DNA from: Methanobacteriota archaeon
GTDB taxonomy: Archaea; Thermoplasmatota; Poseidoniia; MGIII; CG-Epi1
Length of the DNA stretch: 64,000 nt
Direction of reading: 5' to 3'
Assembly (NCBI GenBank): GCA_014240255.1
Contig: JAAZXG010000002.1
Span: forward strand, 16,191-80,190
A model generated the notes under the pieces. It worked only from the letters and a program-made list of their open reading frames with translations, was not told the DNA's origin and made no database searches. Position 1 is the first letter of the stretch. The number at the start of each line of letters is the position of its first letter. The position numbers were made by a program, and so were the translations under genes. Below are positions 17,382-27,069 of this stretch, piece after piece.

Positions 17382-18295
17382 TTTTCCATCCTAGCTATAA
17401 AAAAGGCATCAGTGTCATTATGATGTGGCCATACTCGCATGCATTTTTCCACTTCTGAATTATAGCTCTCATTATTCCATTCAGTTATTCCAGATTCACT
17501 TCTTAGGTTTTCGATACTGATATTTTTCATTTTGAGGTCATACTTATCTAAGGTTTCACTAATTACCTTTTCATTTTCATCAGGAGAAAAGGTACAAGTC
17601 GAGTAGACAATTGTACTTCCTGAGGGTGCCATTTCGCAGGCTTTGCTTAATAATCCATTTTGAAGTTTGTTAAATCTAAGATAATCGTTTTCTTTCCAAG
17701 TTCGGGCCACGGTATTTTTTTTGCGAATAGTTCCTTCTGAGCTACATGGTGCATCGACGAAATATAAATCTGCCTTTGTGTTTGGGAATGATTTAAAATC
17801 TCTTAGCGTTACTGAAGTATTTGTAACTCCAAGCCTGTCCAGATTCCCTCTCAGAGACTTTAATCGGGCATGTCTAGCATCATTTGCAATGATATGGCCT
17901 TTATTTTCCATCATGGCTGCTATTTGTGTTGTTTTGGAACCTGGAGCTGCACAACAATCAATGATTTTAATATCCGTAATTAAATCTTTAACTACTAACG
18001 GCGGAATCATCGAAGTAAGCTCTTGAATATAGATATGGCCAACAAAATGTTCCAAACTACTTCCTAGATTATTTAGTTCAGATATATGGGCATTATCATT
18101 CCATTCAGTAGTCTTTATGGTAGGATCGTATTCTTTTAATTTTTTTATCACCGTTTTTTTTTCTTCTTTTAAAGTATTAACTCTAAATGATTGTTTCAAT
18201 GGTATGTTGATTGATTCAGCAAATTTTGTTTTATCATCAACTAAACAACTATATTTATCTATTATATTATTACGTATATTTTGATATCTATCCAT
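17375..18295 (-). CDS. NOL1/NOP2/Sun-family RNA cytosine-C5 methyltransferase (catalytic domain only)
   Basis: SAM motif DCCAAPGSKT, catalytic Cys motifs DAPCSSEG (IV) and YSTCT (VI), and a C-terminal DAFFIA. 306 aa. Confidence 0.85.
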   Translation of the reverse strand: MDRYQNIRNNIIDKYSCLVDDKTKFAESINIPLKQSFRVNTLKEEKKTVIKKLKEYDPTIKTTEWNDNAHISELNNLGSSLEHFVGHIYIQELTSMIPPLVVKDLITDIKIIDCCAAPGSKTTQIAAMMENKGHIIANDARHARLKSLRGNLDRLGVTNTSVTLRDFKSFPNTKADLYFVDAPCSSEGTIRKKNTVARTWKENDYLRFNKLQNGLLSKACEMAPSGSTIVYSTCTFSPDENEKVISETLDKYDLKMKNISIENLRSESGITEWNNESYNSEVEKCMRVWPHHNDTDAFFIARMEKC

Positions 18296-18297
18296 CC

Positions 18298-19596
18298 CTA
18301 AGCCATTATTATTCTAGCTTTTGGTTTTTTTACATGAGACATAATATTCCGAGTATCTATTACTAATGACGCATATTTCCCAATTAAGTCATAGTCTGTT
18401 TTAGTGTGATCTGTAGTAATTAGGACAGCATCATATTTCTTAATATTCTCTGCAAGTAAATCAATACTTCTCAAGTCTCTAAATGTATTTACAAAAGGGT
18501 CATAATAATCTATATTTGCACCTTTATAATTTAACAAATCTATAATTTTTATTGCCGGCGATTCTCTTATGTCATCAATATCTTTTTTGTAAGCTAAACC
18601 TACTACCAGTATCTTACTTCCATGAATACTTTTCTTATCATCATTCAAAGCTTTTCCAACTCTGTGAGCTATATTTTCAGTCATTTTCCGATTTATTTCG
18701 CCTGCTAATTCGATAAATCGAGCTTCAGTATTGAATTCCTTTGCTTTCCATGAAAGATAAAAAGGATCAATAGGTATACAATGCCCTCCCATTCCAGGTC
18801 CTGGATAAAATGGCATAAATCCAAAAGGCTTTGTTTTTGCAGCATCAATAACTTCCCAAATATTTACTCCCATTCTATCTAAAACTAGTTTTAATTCATT
18901 GACCATTGCAATATTTACAGCTCTGAAAATATTTTCCATAAGTTTTGTAGATTCAGCAGTTTCCATAGAACTAACTTTTACAGTTTCAGATACAATTGTT
19001 TCATAAAGTTCACCAGTTATTTGTAAGCAGTTGTCGCTATATCCGCCCATTACTTTTGGTATTTTTGATACGCTAAATTTTTTGTTTCCAGGATCCTCTC
19101 TTTCTGGGGAGTAAGCTAGGAAAAAGTCCTCTCCAGCTTTCAATTTAGATTTTTCTAATATGGGTTTTATTATTTCTCTTGTGGTTCCAGGATACGTCGT
19201 AGATTCAAGTATAATTAATTGTCCTTTAGACAGGTTCTTTGCGATTTCATTAGCTGCACTTTCAACATAGGTCATGTCTGGCTGTTCATGTTTGTCAAGA
19301 GGAGTTGGAACGCAAATAATTAGACAATCTATAGTTTTCATTTTGGTAAAATCAGTTGTAGCTTTACCATTACGAATGAATTCAATCATTAAATCTGAAG
19401 AAATATGCTTCATTACTTGGTTTCCACAATTAATATCATCTACCCTTTTTTTATCTTTATCAAATCCAATTACTGAGAATCCAGCCTTTACGAATTCTAA
19501 TCCTAACGGGATGCCAACATACCCCATTCCAATAATACCAATTTGAGCATTTCTCGTTTTAATTTTATTGGATAATTCACTTATTAGTGATTTCAT
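18298..19596 (-). CDS. nucleotide-sugar (UDP-glucose/GDP-mannose family) 6-dehydrogenase
   Basis: Rossmann motif GIIGMGYVGIPLG, catalytic Cys motif GGHCIPIDP, and a C-terminal UDP-binding domain. 432 aa. Confidence 0.85.
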   Translation of the reverse strand: MKSLISELSNKIKTRNAQIGIIGMGYVGIPLGLEFVKAGFSVIGFDKDKKRVDDINCGNQVMKHISSDLMIEFIRNGKATTDFTKMKTIDCLIICVPTPLDKHEQPDMTYVESAANEIAKNLSKGQLIILESTTYPGTTREIIKPILEKSKLKAGEDFFLAYSPEREDPGNKKFSVSKIPKVMGGYSDNCLQITGELYETIVSETVKVSSMETAESTKLMENIFRAVNIAMVNELKLVLDRMGVNIWEVIDAAKTKPFGFMPFYPGPGMGGHCIPIDPFYLSWKAKEFNTEARFIELAGEINRKMTENIAHRVGKALNDDKKSIHGSKILVVGLAYKKDIDDIRESPAIKIIDLLNYKGANIDYYDPFVNTFRDLRSIDLLAENIKKYDAVLITTDHTKTDYDLIGKYASLVIDTRNIMSHVKKPKARIIMA

Positions 19597-19629
19597 GTTA
19601 TGTAAACAATTGTCCGGGGGTAAATTACG

Positions 19630-20649
19630 TTATAGCTCTAGTATCCAATTAAAAGGGTCATTATCTGTACCAAATTGTATACCTGTTAAAATATCATATA
19701 GTTCTCTCGTAATTTCACCAACATTACCCTTAGAGAAGAGATGTTCTTTATTTTTATACTTTATTGATCCAATTGGAGAGATTATTGCAGCAGTACCTGC
19801 ACAAAACACCTCATCTGCCGTCATAACTTCATCAATACTTATCCGTCTTTCTTCTACAGCCATTCCTAATTTTTCTTGAGCTATGTGTATAATTGAATCT
19901 CTAGTTATACCTGGAAGAATCGAGCCAGTTAATTCAGGCGTTATAATTTTCCCTTCTTTAATTGCAAAAAAGTTAGCTGCGCCTACTTCTTCTACATATT
20001 GTTCTTCAGCTGCATCTAAATATATTATTTCAGCAAATCCTTCTCTTTTGGCGTTACCACTTGGCAGCATTCCAGGAACATAATTTCCTATGGCTTTCAC
20101 GCCCCCCGTCCCCTTGAGAGGAGCCCTATGATAATTTGTAGAAACTATTAATTTTATAGGAGATAAACCACCTTTAAAGTAAGGTCCAACAGGAGAACAA
20201 TAGACAATAAAGGTATATTCTGTGGAAGGGGCCACTCCAAGTCCCTCAGCCGATCCGAAAATAATCGGTCTTATGTACAATGCACCCTTTTCGGTAGGTG
20301 GAATATAATCCGAATTATCATTGACAACTTTTTGTATAGCCTCCATAAAAATGGTTTTGGATATTTCTGGCATGGATAATCGAAGACAACCTTTCGCAGC
20401 TCTCTCAGCATTCATTTCAGGTCTAAACAATAAAATTCGCTCGTCATCGGTCTTGTAAGCTTTCATTCCTTCAAATAACCCCTGTCCATAATTTAGCACA
20501 GTTGAGGCTGGAGATATTGAGATATTTCCGTATGGAACTAATTCACCAGTATTCCAATCTTGACCCAGTTTACACTTTGCAACATACATCGAACGCGTTT
20601 CTGTAAATGTAAATGTTAAGTCATCAAAATTAACATTGTTTGTTTTCAC
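19630..20649 (-). CDS. ilvE: branched-chain amino acid aminotransferase (PLP fold type IV)
   Basis: LNYGQGLFEGMKAY, EEVGAANFFAIK and LPGITRDS are collinear with the long-form BCAT. 339 aa. Confidence 0.85.
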   Translation of the reverse strand: MKTNNVNFDDLTFTFTETRSMYVAKCKLGQDWNTGELVPYGNISISPASTVLNYGQGLFEGMKAYKTDDERILLFRPEMNAERAAKGCLRLSMPEISKTIFMEAIQKVVNDNSDYIPPTEKGALYIRPIIFGSAEGLGVAPSTEYTFIVYCSPVGPYFKGGLSPIKLIVSTNYHRAPLKGTGGVKAIGNYVPGMLPSGNAKREGFAEIIYLDAAEEQYVEEVGAANFFAIKEGKIITPELTGSILPGITRDSIIHIAQEKLGMAVEERRISIDEVMTADEVFCAGTAAIISPIGSIKYKNKEHLFSKGNVGEITRELYDILTGIQFGTDNDPFNWILEL

Positions 20650-21959
20650 GTGTTATTCTCCATAAATTCCCTTAATTTTTCTTCTAGAATAGGGATATCT
20701 TTCAAATCTACAAACGATATACAAATTCGTAGTCCTTCATGCCTATTTGAACCGGTTGATTTTAGAGTAATTGTTGAAATTCCATATCTCATTAATTCTA
20801 GCATTAAGTTATTTCCATCGTAATTTGGATAAGACATTGTTAGATAGAATCCATCTCCAACAGTTTCATCCATATCTTTTTCGTAAACTTGTTTAAAACC
20901 ATATTTTAAGAAAAGTTTTCTAACTAGTCTGGCTCTTTCTCCATACGCACTAGTAATCTTAACAAAATCAAATTCACCTTCAGTAGATGCCTTAAGTATT
21001 TTAGCTAAAGCAAATTGAGCAGTGTGACTGACTCCTGACGTAGTTACATACAATCCCCCCAAAGCGAATGCATGCCCAAATCGTTTCCTTCCACAAAAAT
21101 CTCCAAGTCCTTGAAATTCCATTTTATCTAATTTCGGTGAAATAATCGCAAGTCCACATCTTGGCCCTGGAAATGAAAAAGCTTTTGAGGCTGAAATTAA
21201 GGTTACCCACTTTGTTCCAAATTTCCCAATTGTAGGAATATATGGTTTTTGATTAGGTTGTGAATAATCGGTTCTAAAGTCCATTCCTAAGTATGCTAAA
21301 TCTTCAATAGCTAATATATTATTATTATCGCAAATTTTAGCAATTCCTTCTAATTCATTTTCAGTTAGGCAAGACCAACTAGGATTATTTGGAGATGACC
21401 AAAGAATTCCTCCTACATTGTTATTTTTAACCTTTTCATTAATGGCATTAATTAATTTTTCACCCCGATTATCGTAGAGTTCAATACCTATACTATTCAA
21501 TCCTAAGAATTTAGCTTGATATCTTGTTACAGGAAATGTAGGGTCCAAATACAAAATAGTGTCTTTTCCAGGATACATATTTCCAGCTAAGGCTTGTGAA
21601 ATATATCCGCCTTGTAATGAACCACAAGTAGGGATTACATTTTCAGGACCTACATTTACATCTAAAAATGCTTTGACAAATTCACTTCCTGCAGACTTCA
21701 ATTTTGGTATTCCATCAAAAGGAGGATAGAAACCTTGCATTCCTTTATCAATTGCTTCTTTTTCAGCATTTTTAATAATATTTGAAGGAGGTATATTTGG
21801 AATTCCCATTTCCATTCTAATGAATTTAATATTGCTTTTGTTGCTTATAATTGTAGCCAAACGATTAGTTTCACGTATAGATAAATTTTTTTGATCAAAT
21901 CCAGTTTCGTCAAATATTTCACTTAATACTTTTTTTGATACTGGTATATTTTTTGTCAA
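20646..21959 (-). CDS. class I/II PLP-dependent aminotransferase
   Basis: PLP-lysine motif SASKAFSFPGPRCG, and NPSW../..EDLAY regions typical of fold type I aminotransferases. Its stop overlaps the ilvE start by 4 nt. Confidence 0.8.
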   Translation of the reverse strand: MTKNIPVSKKVLSEIFDETGFDQKNLSIRETNRLATIISNKSNIKFIRMEMGIPNIPPSNIIKNAEKEAIDKGMQGFYPPFDGIPKLKSAGSEFVKAFLDVNVGPENVIPTCGSLQGGYISQALAGNMYPGKDTILYLDPTFPVTRYQAKFLGLNSIGIELYDNRGEKLINAINEKVKNNNVGGILWSSPNNPSWSCLTENELEGIAKICDNNNILAIEDLAYLGMDFRTDYSQPNQKPYIPTIGKFGTKWVTLISASKAFSFPGPRCGLAIISPKLDKMEFQGLGDFCGRKRFGHAFALGGLYVTTSGVSHTAQFALAKILKASTEGEFDFVKITSAYGERARLVRKLFLKYGFKQVYEKDMDETVGDGFYLTMSYPNYDGNNLMLELMRYGISTITLKSTGSNRHEGLRICISFVDLKDIPILEEKLREFMENNT

Positions 21960-22022
21960 ATTTAACCTCTTTAAATAAAGTTCATTAGACCCCTTGCTAA
22001 AAGGCTTGCATAAATTTTATAA

Positions 22023-22859
22023 ATGACTTATTGTATTTTAGAACTGATTAATATGATGCCTGTAGAATTGACTAGTAATTTGTTTAAAGAATTAAGAGGC
22101 CGTTCTTGTAGAATACTTGCTGAAGAAGGTTGGACCCAATCACGTCTTGGTAAGGCTTTAGGAGTTAGTCAAGTAATGGCAGGCAATTATTTGCATACGT
22201 TACCAACACGATACAAAGAACCTATTGAAAGTGATTTACAAGATGCTGCAAAATCTTTAGCTGTGATCCTCAAAGAAGGCGATGCTTCTTCTTGGAAATT
22301 AACAATTGAAGTTGATAATCATGAATTGAACATAAATTTTCCAGTTCAGGGCAGTCGTGAAAAGACTCTAGTTAAGATTGCAAATATGCGGAAGCGCTTG
22401 GCAAGAGTAATACCTTTACTTTCTCCACAAGTAAGAGTTAATATTGCAATAGCAACAAATGAAGCTGCTGAAATATCAGATATCGCAGCTTTCCCAGGTC
22501 GTTTAACACCTATAGGAGGTCAAGCTCGCCCACTTTCATCAGCACAATTTGGAGGCTCCTCACATTTATCAACTTTATTATTAGAATTACGAAAGTTTGA
22601 TTCAAGTATTTCAGCTATAATCAATCTTAGATGGGATTCAATTATTTCCGATATATTATCAAAATTCGAGATTGTGTCTGCTAAATTAGAAAGAAATGGA
22701 GAAAATTTATCAGTTAATAAGATATCTACTGAAGTTGAAGCTTTGATAGACGAGGGAGGTTATGGGTTTGAACCTTCATTATATATTTTTGGGCAAAGCC
22801 ATGAAAGGGTTTGTAAAATAGTAGAAGATTTAGGTCAATCTATGGAAGACATGGCATGA
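22023..22859 (+). CDS. thiN: HTH domain fused to a ThiN-type thiamine-phosphate synthase domain
   Basis: N-terminal XRE-like HTH (GWTQSRLGKALGVSQVMAGNYL). C-terminal VNIAIATNEA....DIAAFPGRL matches the ThiN domain pattern. The start could instead be the ATG at 22053. Confidence 0.65.
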   Translation: MTYCILELINMMPVELTSNLFKELRGRSCRILAEEGWTQSRLGKALGVSQVMAGNYLHTLPTRYKEPIESDLQDAAKSLAVILKEGDASSWKLTIEVDNHELNINFPVQGSREKTLVKIANMRKRLARVIPLLSPQVRVNIAIATNEAAEISDIAAFPGRLTPIGGQARPLSSAQFGGSSHLSTLLLELRKFDSSISAIINLRWDSIISDILSKFEIVSAKLERNGENLSVNKISTEVEALIDEGGYGFEPSLYIFGQSHERVCKIVEDLGQSMEDMA

Positions 22860-24295
22860 TTTCACCAATTATTACTTTTGTTCTCTTATTTGTTTCACTA
22901 TCTTTTTTTGCTTGGTTGGGTTATAGAGAATCTTCTGGAAAAGAATTGGATACAGACATTTTCCTATCAGCTCGTGGAAGTCAAAATTGGATAATGATTG
23001 GGCTTAGCTTATTTGCCTCAGGAATGGGAATATGGATTCTTTTTGGACCTTCAGAAGTGGGTTACTATGGAGGTTTCTATGATGTATTTGGATATGCTTT
23101 ATCTTCAGCTACTCCATTTCTTTTACTAGCCTATTTAGGCCCTATAATTCGAGGATTAACTCCAGATGGAGTGACTCTTGCAGATTTTGTTCGTCAGAAA
23201 ATGGGCCGCCCTATGCAAATTTATGTAGGTTTAATTTCTATAATTTACATGTTTACATTTATGTTTGCAGAGTATATTGCAATTGGGCGTGCAGTTGAAT
23301 TTTTATCAGGAATTAATTTCTTAATTCCGATAATTTCTGTTGCAATTGTTACAACATTTTACACCGTACTTGGTGGTCTACCAGTTTCAATTAAAACAGA
23401 TCGCATCCAATCATTTTTTATAATTTGGTTAATAATTTGTGTTATTCTCCTAGTTATTGACGAGGGTGTCAGTAGTACAATTGATGATGCTCGAGCTTAT
23501 ACACCTGAAGATATTGAAGTGGGTTGGTACCATGGAAGTATTAGTGATTATTCTACATTTAAAGCTGGTTTAGCTTTAGTGTTAGCTATAACTGCTGCCG
23601 AAATGTTTTCACAAGGTAATTGGCAACGCACTTGGGCTTCAAGGGATAATGACGCTTTACAAAAGGGAGCATTTCTAGCATCTGTATTATGTTTTATTAC
23701 AGTTTTATTATTTGGATTATTGGGAACTGTTGCAGCTGGACGCGGTGCACTCTCAGATCCTTCAATAGCTTTTTTTGAATTGATACGTAACTATTCTGAA
23801 CCTGTCTTAGCGATGTTCTTAGTTCTTGGAGTTGCATTGGTATGTTCTAGTATAGATACACTTCAAAATTCCGTTGTTGCGGTAGTTTCTAGAGATTTAA
23901 CTGATTCTAAGCTTGATATTACTCAGACAAAATATGTAGTCGTTGCTATAGCGCCCGTTGCAATTTTTTTAGCATGGTTTTATGCAGACGAGGCACTTAG
24001 TGTTTTCAGAATATTTTTGGTTGCAGACTTGTTTGCAGCAGCAACAGTTCTTCCAATTTTTCTATCTTTGTCAAATAGAGTAACAGCAAATGGCGGTTTA
24101 GTGGGTGCTATTTTTGGATTATTTTCTGTAGTAATTTATGGAACTTATACTTCAGATTTACACACTGGACTTGATTATCTAATAAATCCGATTAATGGAG
24201 ATGGTCTTGTTAATTTAGAGGTTTTCTTATCTGCACTTATTGGTTCAGCTTTAATGACTATTATATTCTCAGAAATAGAAAATAATCAATCATGA
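22856..24295 (+). CDS. sodium:solute symporter family transporter
   Basis: 479 aa with ~12-13 hydrophobic helices and SSS-like spacing. Its ATG overlaps the ThiN stop (ATGA). Confidence 0.75.
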   Translation: MISPIITFVLLFVSLSFFAWLGYRESSGKELDTDIFLSARGSQNWIMIGLSLFASGMGIWILFGPSEVGYYGGFYDVFGYALSSATPFLLLAYLGPIIRGLTPDGVTLADFVRQKMGRPMQIYVGLISIIYMFTFMFAEYIAIGRAVEFLSGINFLIPIISVAIVTTFYTVLGGLPVSIKTDRIQSFFIIWLIICVILLVIDEGVSSTIDDARAYTPEDIEVGWYHGSISDYSTFKAGLALVLAITAAEMFSQGNWQRTWASRDNDALQKGAFLASVLCFITVLLFGLLGTVAAGRGALSDPSIAFFELIRNYSEPVLAMFLVLGVALVCSSIDTLQNSVVAVVSRDLTDSKLDITQTKYVVVAIAPVAIFLAWFYADEALSVFRIFLVADLFAAATVLPIFLSLSNRVTANGGLVGAIFGLFSVVIYGTYTSDLHTGLDYLINPINGDGLVNLEVFLSALIGSALMTIIFSEIENNQS

Positions 24296-24894
24296 GGTAA
24301 TGTAAAATTACCTTGAATTAATAGTAAGTTACCGCTGTGACAATCAACCGTAACCGTTTCCGTAGGTCCAATTTCATTATGGACACCTCTTCCCCCCATA
24401 ATTAATTTTTCATGTTGAAGATTCCATCTTGCTCCAGTGACACTAACACGTGCTTCAGGCATTGCAATAAGTGAAAACAAGGTATTTTCAGCCCCTTTTA
24501 TTGTTTTTGAATCTGTAACTGCTTGTACTGTAAATTGTTCATCTATAAGGCTAATTCTGGAATTAAAAGCCAAACCTAAAGCTGCTAATGTATGATCTAT
24601 TCTTCCTCCTCTCCATCCTACTATTTGTATTTCCGTTGCACCTTTTTCAATAGCATAGTCAACAGCTTTTTCTAAATCGGTTTTTTGAATATTTTTATTT
24701 GAAACAAGCCATTCTTCTAATTTCGTCGCACTTTTATCAGATATCGAATCGAAATCTCCAACTACAAAGTCAGGAGTAATATTATGTTTTAACAATCTAT
24801 CAGCTCCCCCGTCTGCAGCTATGATTAGTTTTTCTTTTGCTAAATCAATAATATTACTATTTAGCGGCCTATTTCCTACTATTAATGTCTTCAT
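24286..24894 (-). CDS. thiamine pyrophosphokinase
   Basis: AADGGADRL and VVGDFDSI motifs, a C-terminal beta-sandwich thiamine-binding region, 202 aa. Its 3' end overlaps the convergent symporter by 10 nt. Confidence 0.8.
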   Translation of the reverse strand: MKTLIVGNRPLNSNIIDLAKEKLIIAADGGADRLLKHNITPDFVVGDFDSISDKSATKLEEWLVSNKNIQKTDLEKAVDYAIEKGATEIQIVGWRGGRIDHTLAALGLAFNSRISLIDEQFTVQAVTDSKTIKGAENTLFSLIAMPEARVSVTGARWNLQHEKLIMGGRGVHNEIGPTETVTVDCHSGNLLLIQGNFTLPHD

Positions 24895-24898
24895 TTTA

Positions 24899-26404
24899 TT
24901 ACCTAATTAATTTCTCTTTATTATTGTTTATTTGTTTTAAATATTTTTTTCCAAAGAACATGAATAATTGACTTCTAATATTATTTTTTTGAACTTCATT
25001 TCGATAATTTATTTTCTCATAAATATCCATAAAATTCCCTTTAGCATGATATTTTTTTCTTATATATTCATATTTTTCTTGATCGAATTGTTTCCAAAAT
25101 TCTTCATAAGTAAAATAACAAGTAGAAAAAAACCCTTTGAATATGCCATTATCGAATGAAAATTTTTCAAAAGTCTGATTAATTTCTTTTGATTTTATGT
25201 TAGTATTTTTAATACCATATATTCCTAAATCGAGTATAATGTCATCTTTGCATAGTTCAGGCTTTCTTGTACAAAATATTTTTTTTGAATTATAATTGTC
25301 TATTATGGGGCATATCCAACGAGGGTACGTCCCAGTCATATTATCTGCTAAATCCATAGCTTCTTTTAATTTTGATAGTGGAACTCCCATGTCTGTTGCA
25401 AGAACATACTCATCTCTTGTATAATCACCAACTATATGATTGGCCGCATGAAAATATTTTGAAATATTATATTTTCCATGACCTGGAGATGACTCTAATA
25501 TTTTAGCAGGCATAAGTGAATACATCAATCCAGCATAAACATAATCTCTTATTTTGTAAGGAGTGTATAGATAATGCCCCCAAAAAGCAGCGTAGCTATA
25601 CCTTTCTAGATAGTCTAATGATCTTAAATAAGTATGTTTTTTCTTATTTGCAATTTGCGCATAAATAGACATATGTCTCTGTTTCAAAATGTCTTTATCT
25701 TTTATTATTGAAATATTCTCTGGCTTTACCTCACTTATAAAATTTGCAGCGACTATGGTATAATCCTCTTTTTTATTTGCAAATGCTTCGATAAAATCGT
25801 CACTTTTTTTATCAATTCGTTGTTTAAATTCTTCATAAAATTTTTCGAACGAATTATAATTAATATAATTTATTTTAACATATTTTTCACAAGGAATTAA
25901 TTTAGTCTTTACTCTTGTAATAATTCCCATTGTGCCATAGGTTCCTCCAATGCCATAATACAAATCAGAATTATTCGTCTGGGAAACATTTTTTATGAAT
26001 TCCCCATTGCCCAGAATTATGTCAAAATCTATTACATTATCATTAAAAAAACCATGAATATAGGAACTTGATCCTAGGCCCAATCCTGCAAGACATCCTC
26101 CAACTGTGAAATTATCACCTTCTGGTAATGAAGGAATTATTCTTTTTCTTGGGATCGTTGCTCGATTAACTTTACCTATGGTTACAGCAGATTCACAATC
26201 AATACAATCCTTTTCAATTGAAAGTATATTAGTTAGATTTCCAGTATCAATCCTCGTTTGTTTTTTTTTAAATTTAAGGTCTCGATAATTGTGCCCTTTC
26301 CGATTTGTAGTAAGTAAATTATCATTTAGTTTGATAGAGTTTGAGATTTTTTTTACTTTTTCATTATATTTCTCATAACTCATTACTTTTACCTTAGTTA
26401 TCAA
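24899..26404 (-). CDS. FAD-linked oxidoreductase of the DHCR24/DIMINUTO (delta-24 sterol reductase-like) type
   Basis: Collinear by eye with my recollection of human DHCR24, quoted from memory, not from a database. [34 protein letters not shown]...[36 protein letters not shown] compares with [76 protein letters not shown] compares with [22 protein letters not shown]..IRKKY compares with CYMNREEFWEMFD..Y..LREKL. Confidence 0.75.
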   Translation of the reverse strand: [501 protein letters not shown]

Positions 26405-26420
26405 ATCGATATAAAAATTA

Positions 26421-27062
26421 CTATGCTAGCCTCAATGTTCCATTAAGATAAGGATTTTGTTCTTTTTCTATTCCTAATATAGTTTCAGGCCCATGTCCGG
26501 GATAAATAGTGGTTTCATCAGGTAATAAATATATTTTTTTAGTAATAGAATTCATTAATTGTTCCGTGTTTCCACCAGGTAAATCAGTTCTTCCAAGGCT
26601 TCCTTTAAAGATGACATCACCGCCTATCAAAACGCCCTTTGTATAAAAACAGAGTGAATCGGGGCTATGGCCGGGACAATGTAAAATACTGAATTTAGTT
26701 TTTCCAATATTTATAATATCGTTTTCATTAAGATATCCGCCTTCTTTAATTTCAGAGGTTACGTATCCAAATGCTGCCGCAATTGGACCTACGTTTCCAA
26801 GCATCTTTTTTCCTAAAGGAGATATTTCAAGAGGTAATTCTAGTTTTTCCATTGCAGAAGTCGCTCCGGCAATATGATCAACATGGCAATGAGTTGCTAT
26901 AAGTCTAGTAATATTCATATTTTCAGACTTTGCAATTTCTAGTATTTTTTCAATTTCATCACCGGGATCAAAGAATATTGTTTCCTTACTTTCGACATCC
27001 ATTACTAATGTAGCATTCATTACCAATGGCCCGACCGGAATTTGAATAATTTTAAGTGACAT
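26421..27062 (-). CDS. metallo-beta-lactamase-fold hydrolase (glyoxalase II-like)
   Basis: HCHVDH (HxHxDH) motif, downstream CPGHSPDS and GDVIFKGSLGRTDLPGG typical of the family. 213 aa. Confidence 0.85.
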   Translation of the reverse strand: MSLKIIQIPVGPLVMNATLVMDVESKETIFFDPGDEIEKILEIAKSENMNITRLIATHCHVDHIAGATSAMEKLELPLEISPLGKKMLGNVGPIAAAFGYVTSEIKEGGYLNENDIINIGKTKFSILHCPGHSPDSLCFYTKGVLIGGDVIFKGSLGRTDLPGGNTEQLMNSITKKIYLLPDETTIYPGHGPETILGIEKEQNPYLNGTLRLA

Positions 27063-27069
27063 AATTTCT

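Noticed and set aside
21960-22060. TPP riboswitch upstream of the ThiN gene
   Set aside because: I looked for the conserved CUGAGA and ACCUGAUCUGGAUAAUGCCAGCG-like cores. Neither is present in the 63-nt spacer or the first codons.
24899-26404. Genomic island or recent HGT call for the DHCR24-like gene, based on AT-richness
   Set aside because: The gene looks AT-rich by eye, but several neighbours (3126-5501, 16929-19596, 41070-42932, 44615-45139) look similar. There are no flanking repeats, integrase or tRNA fragment. Composition alone is not evidence.
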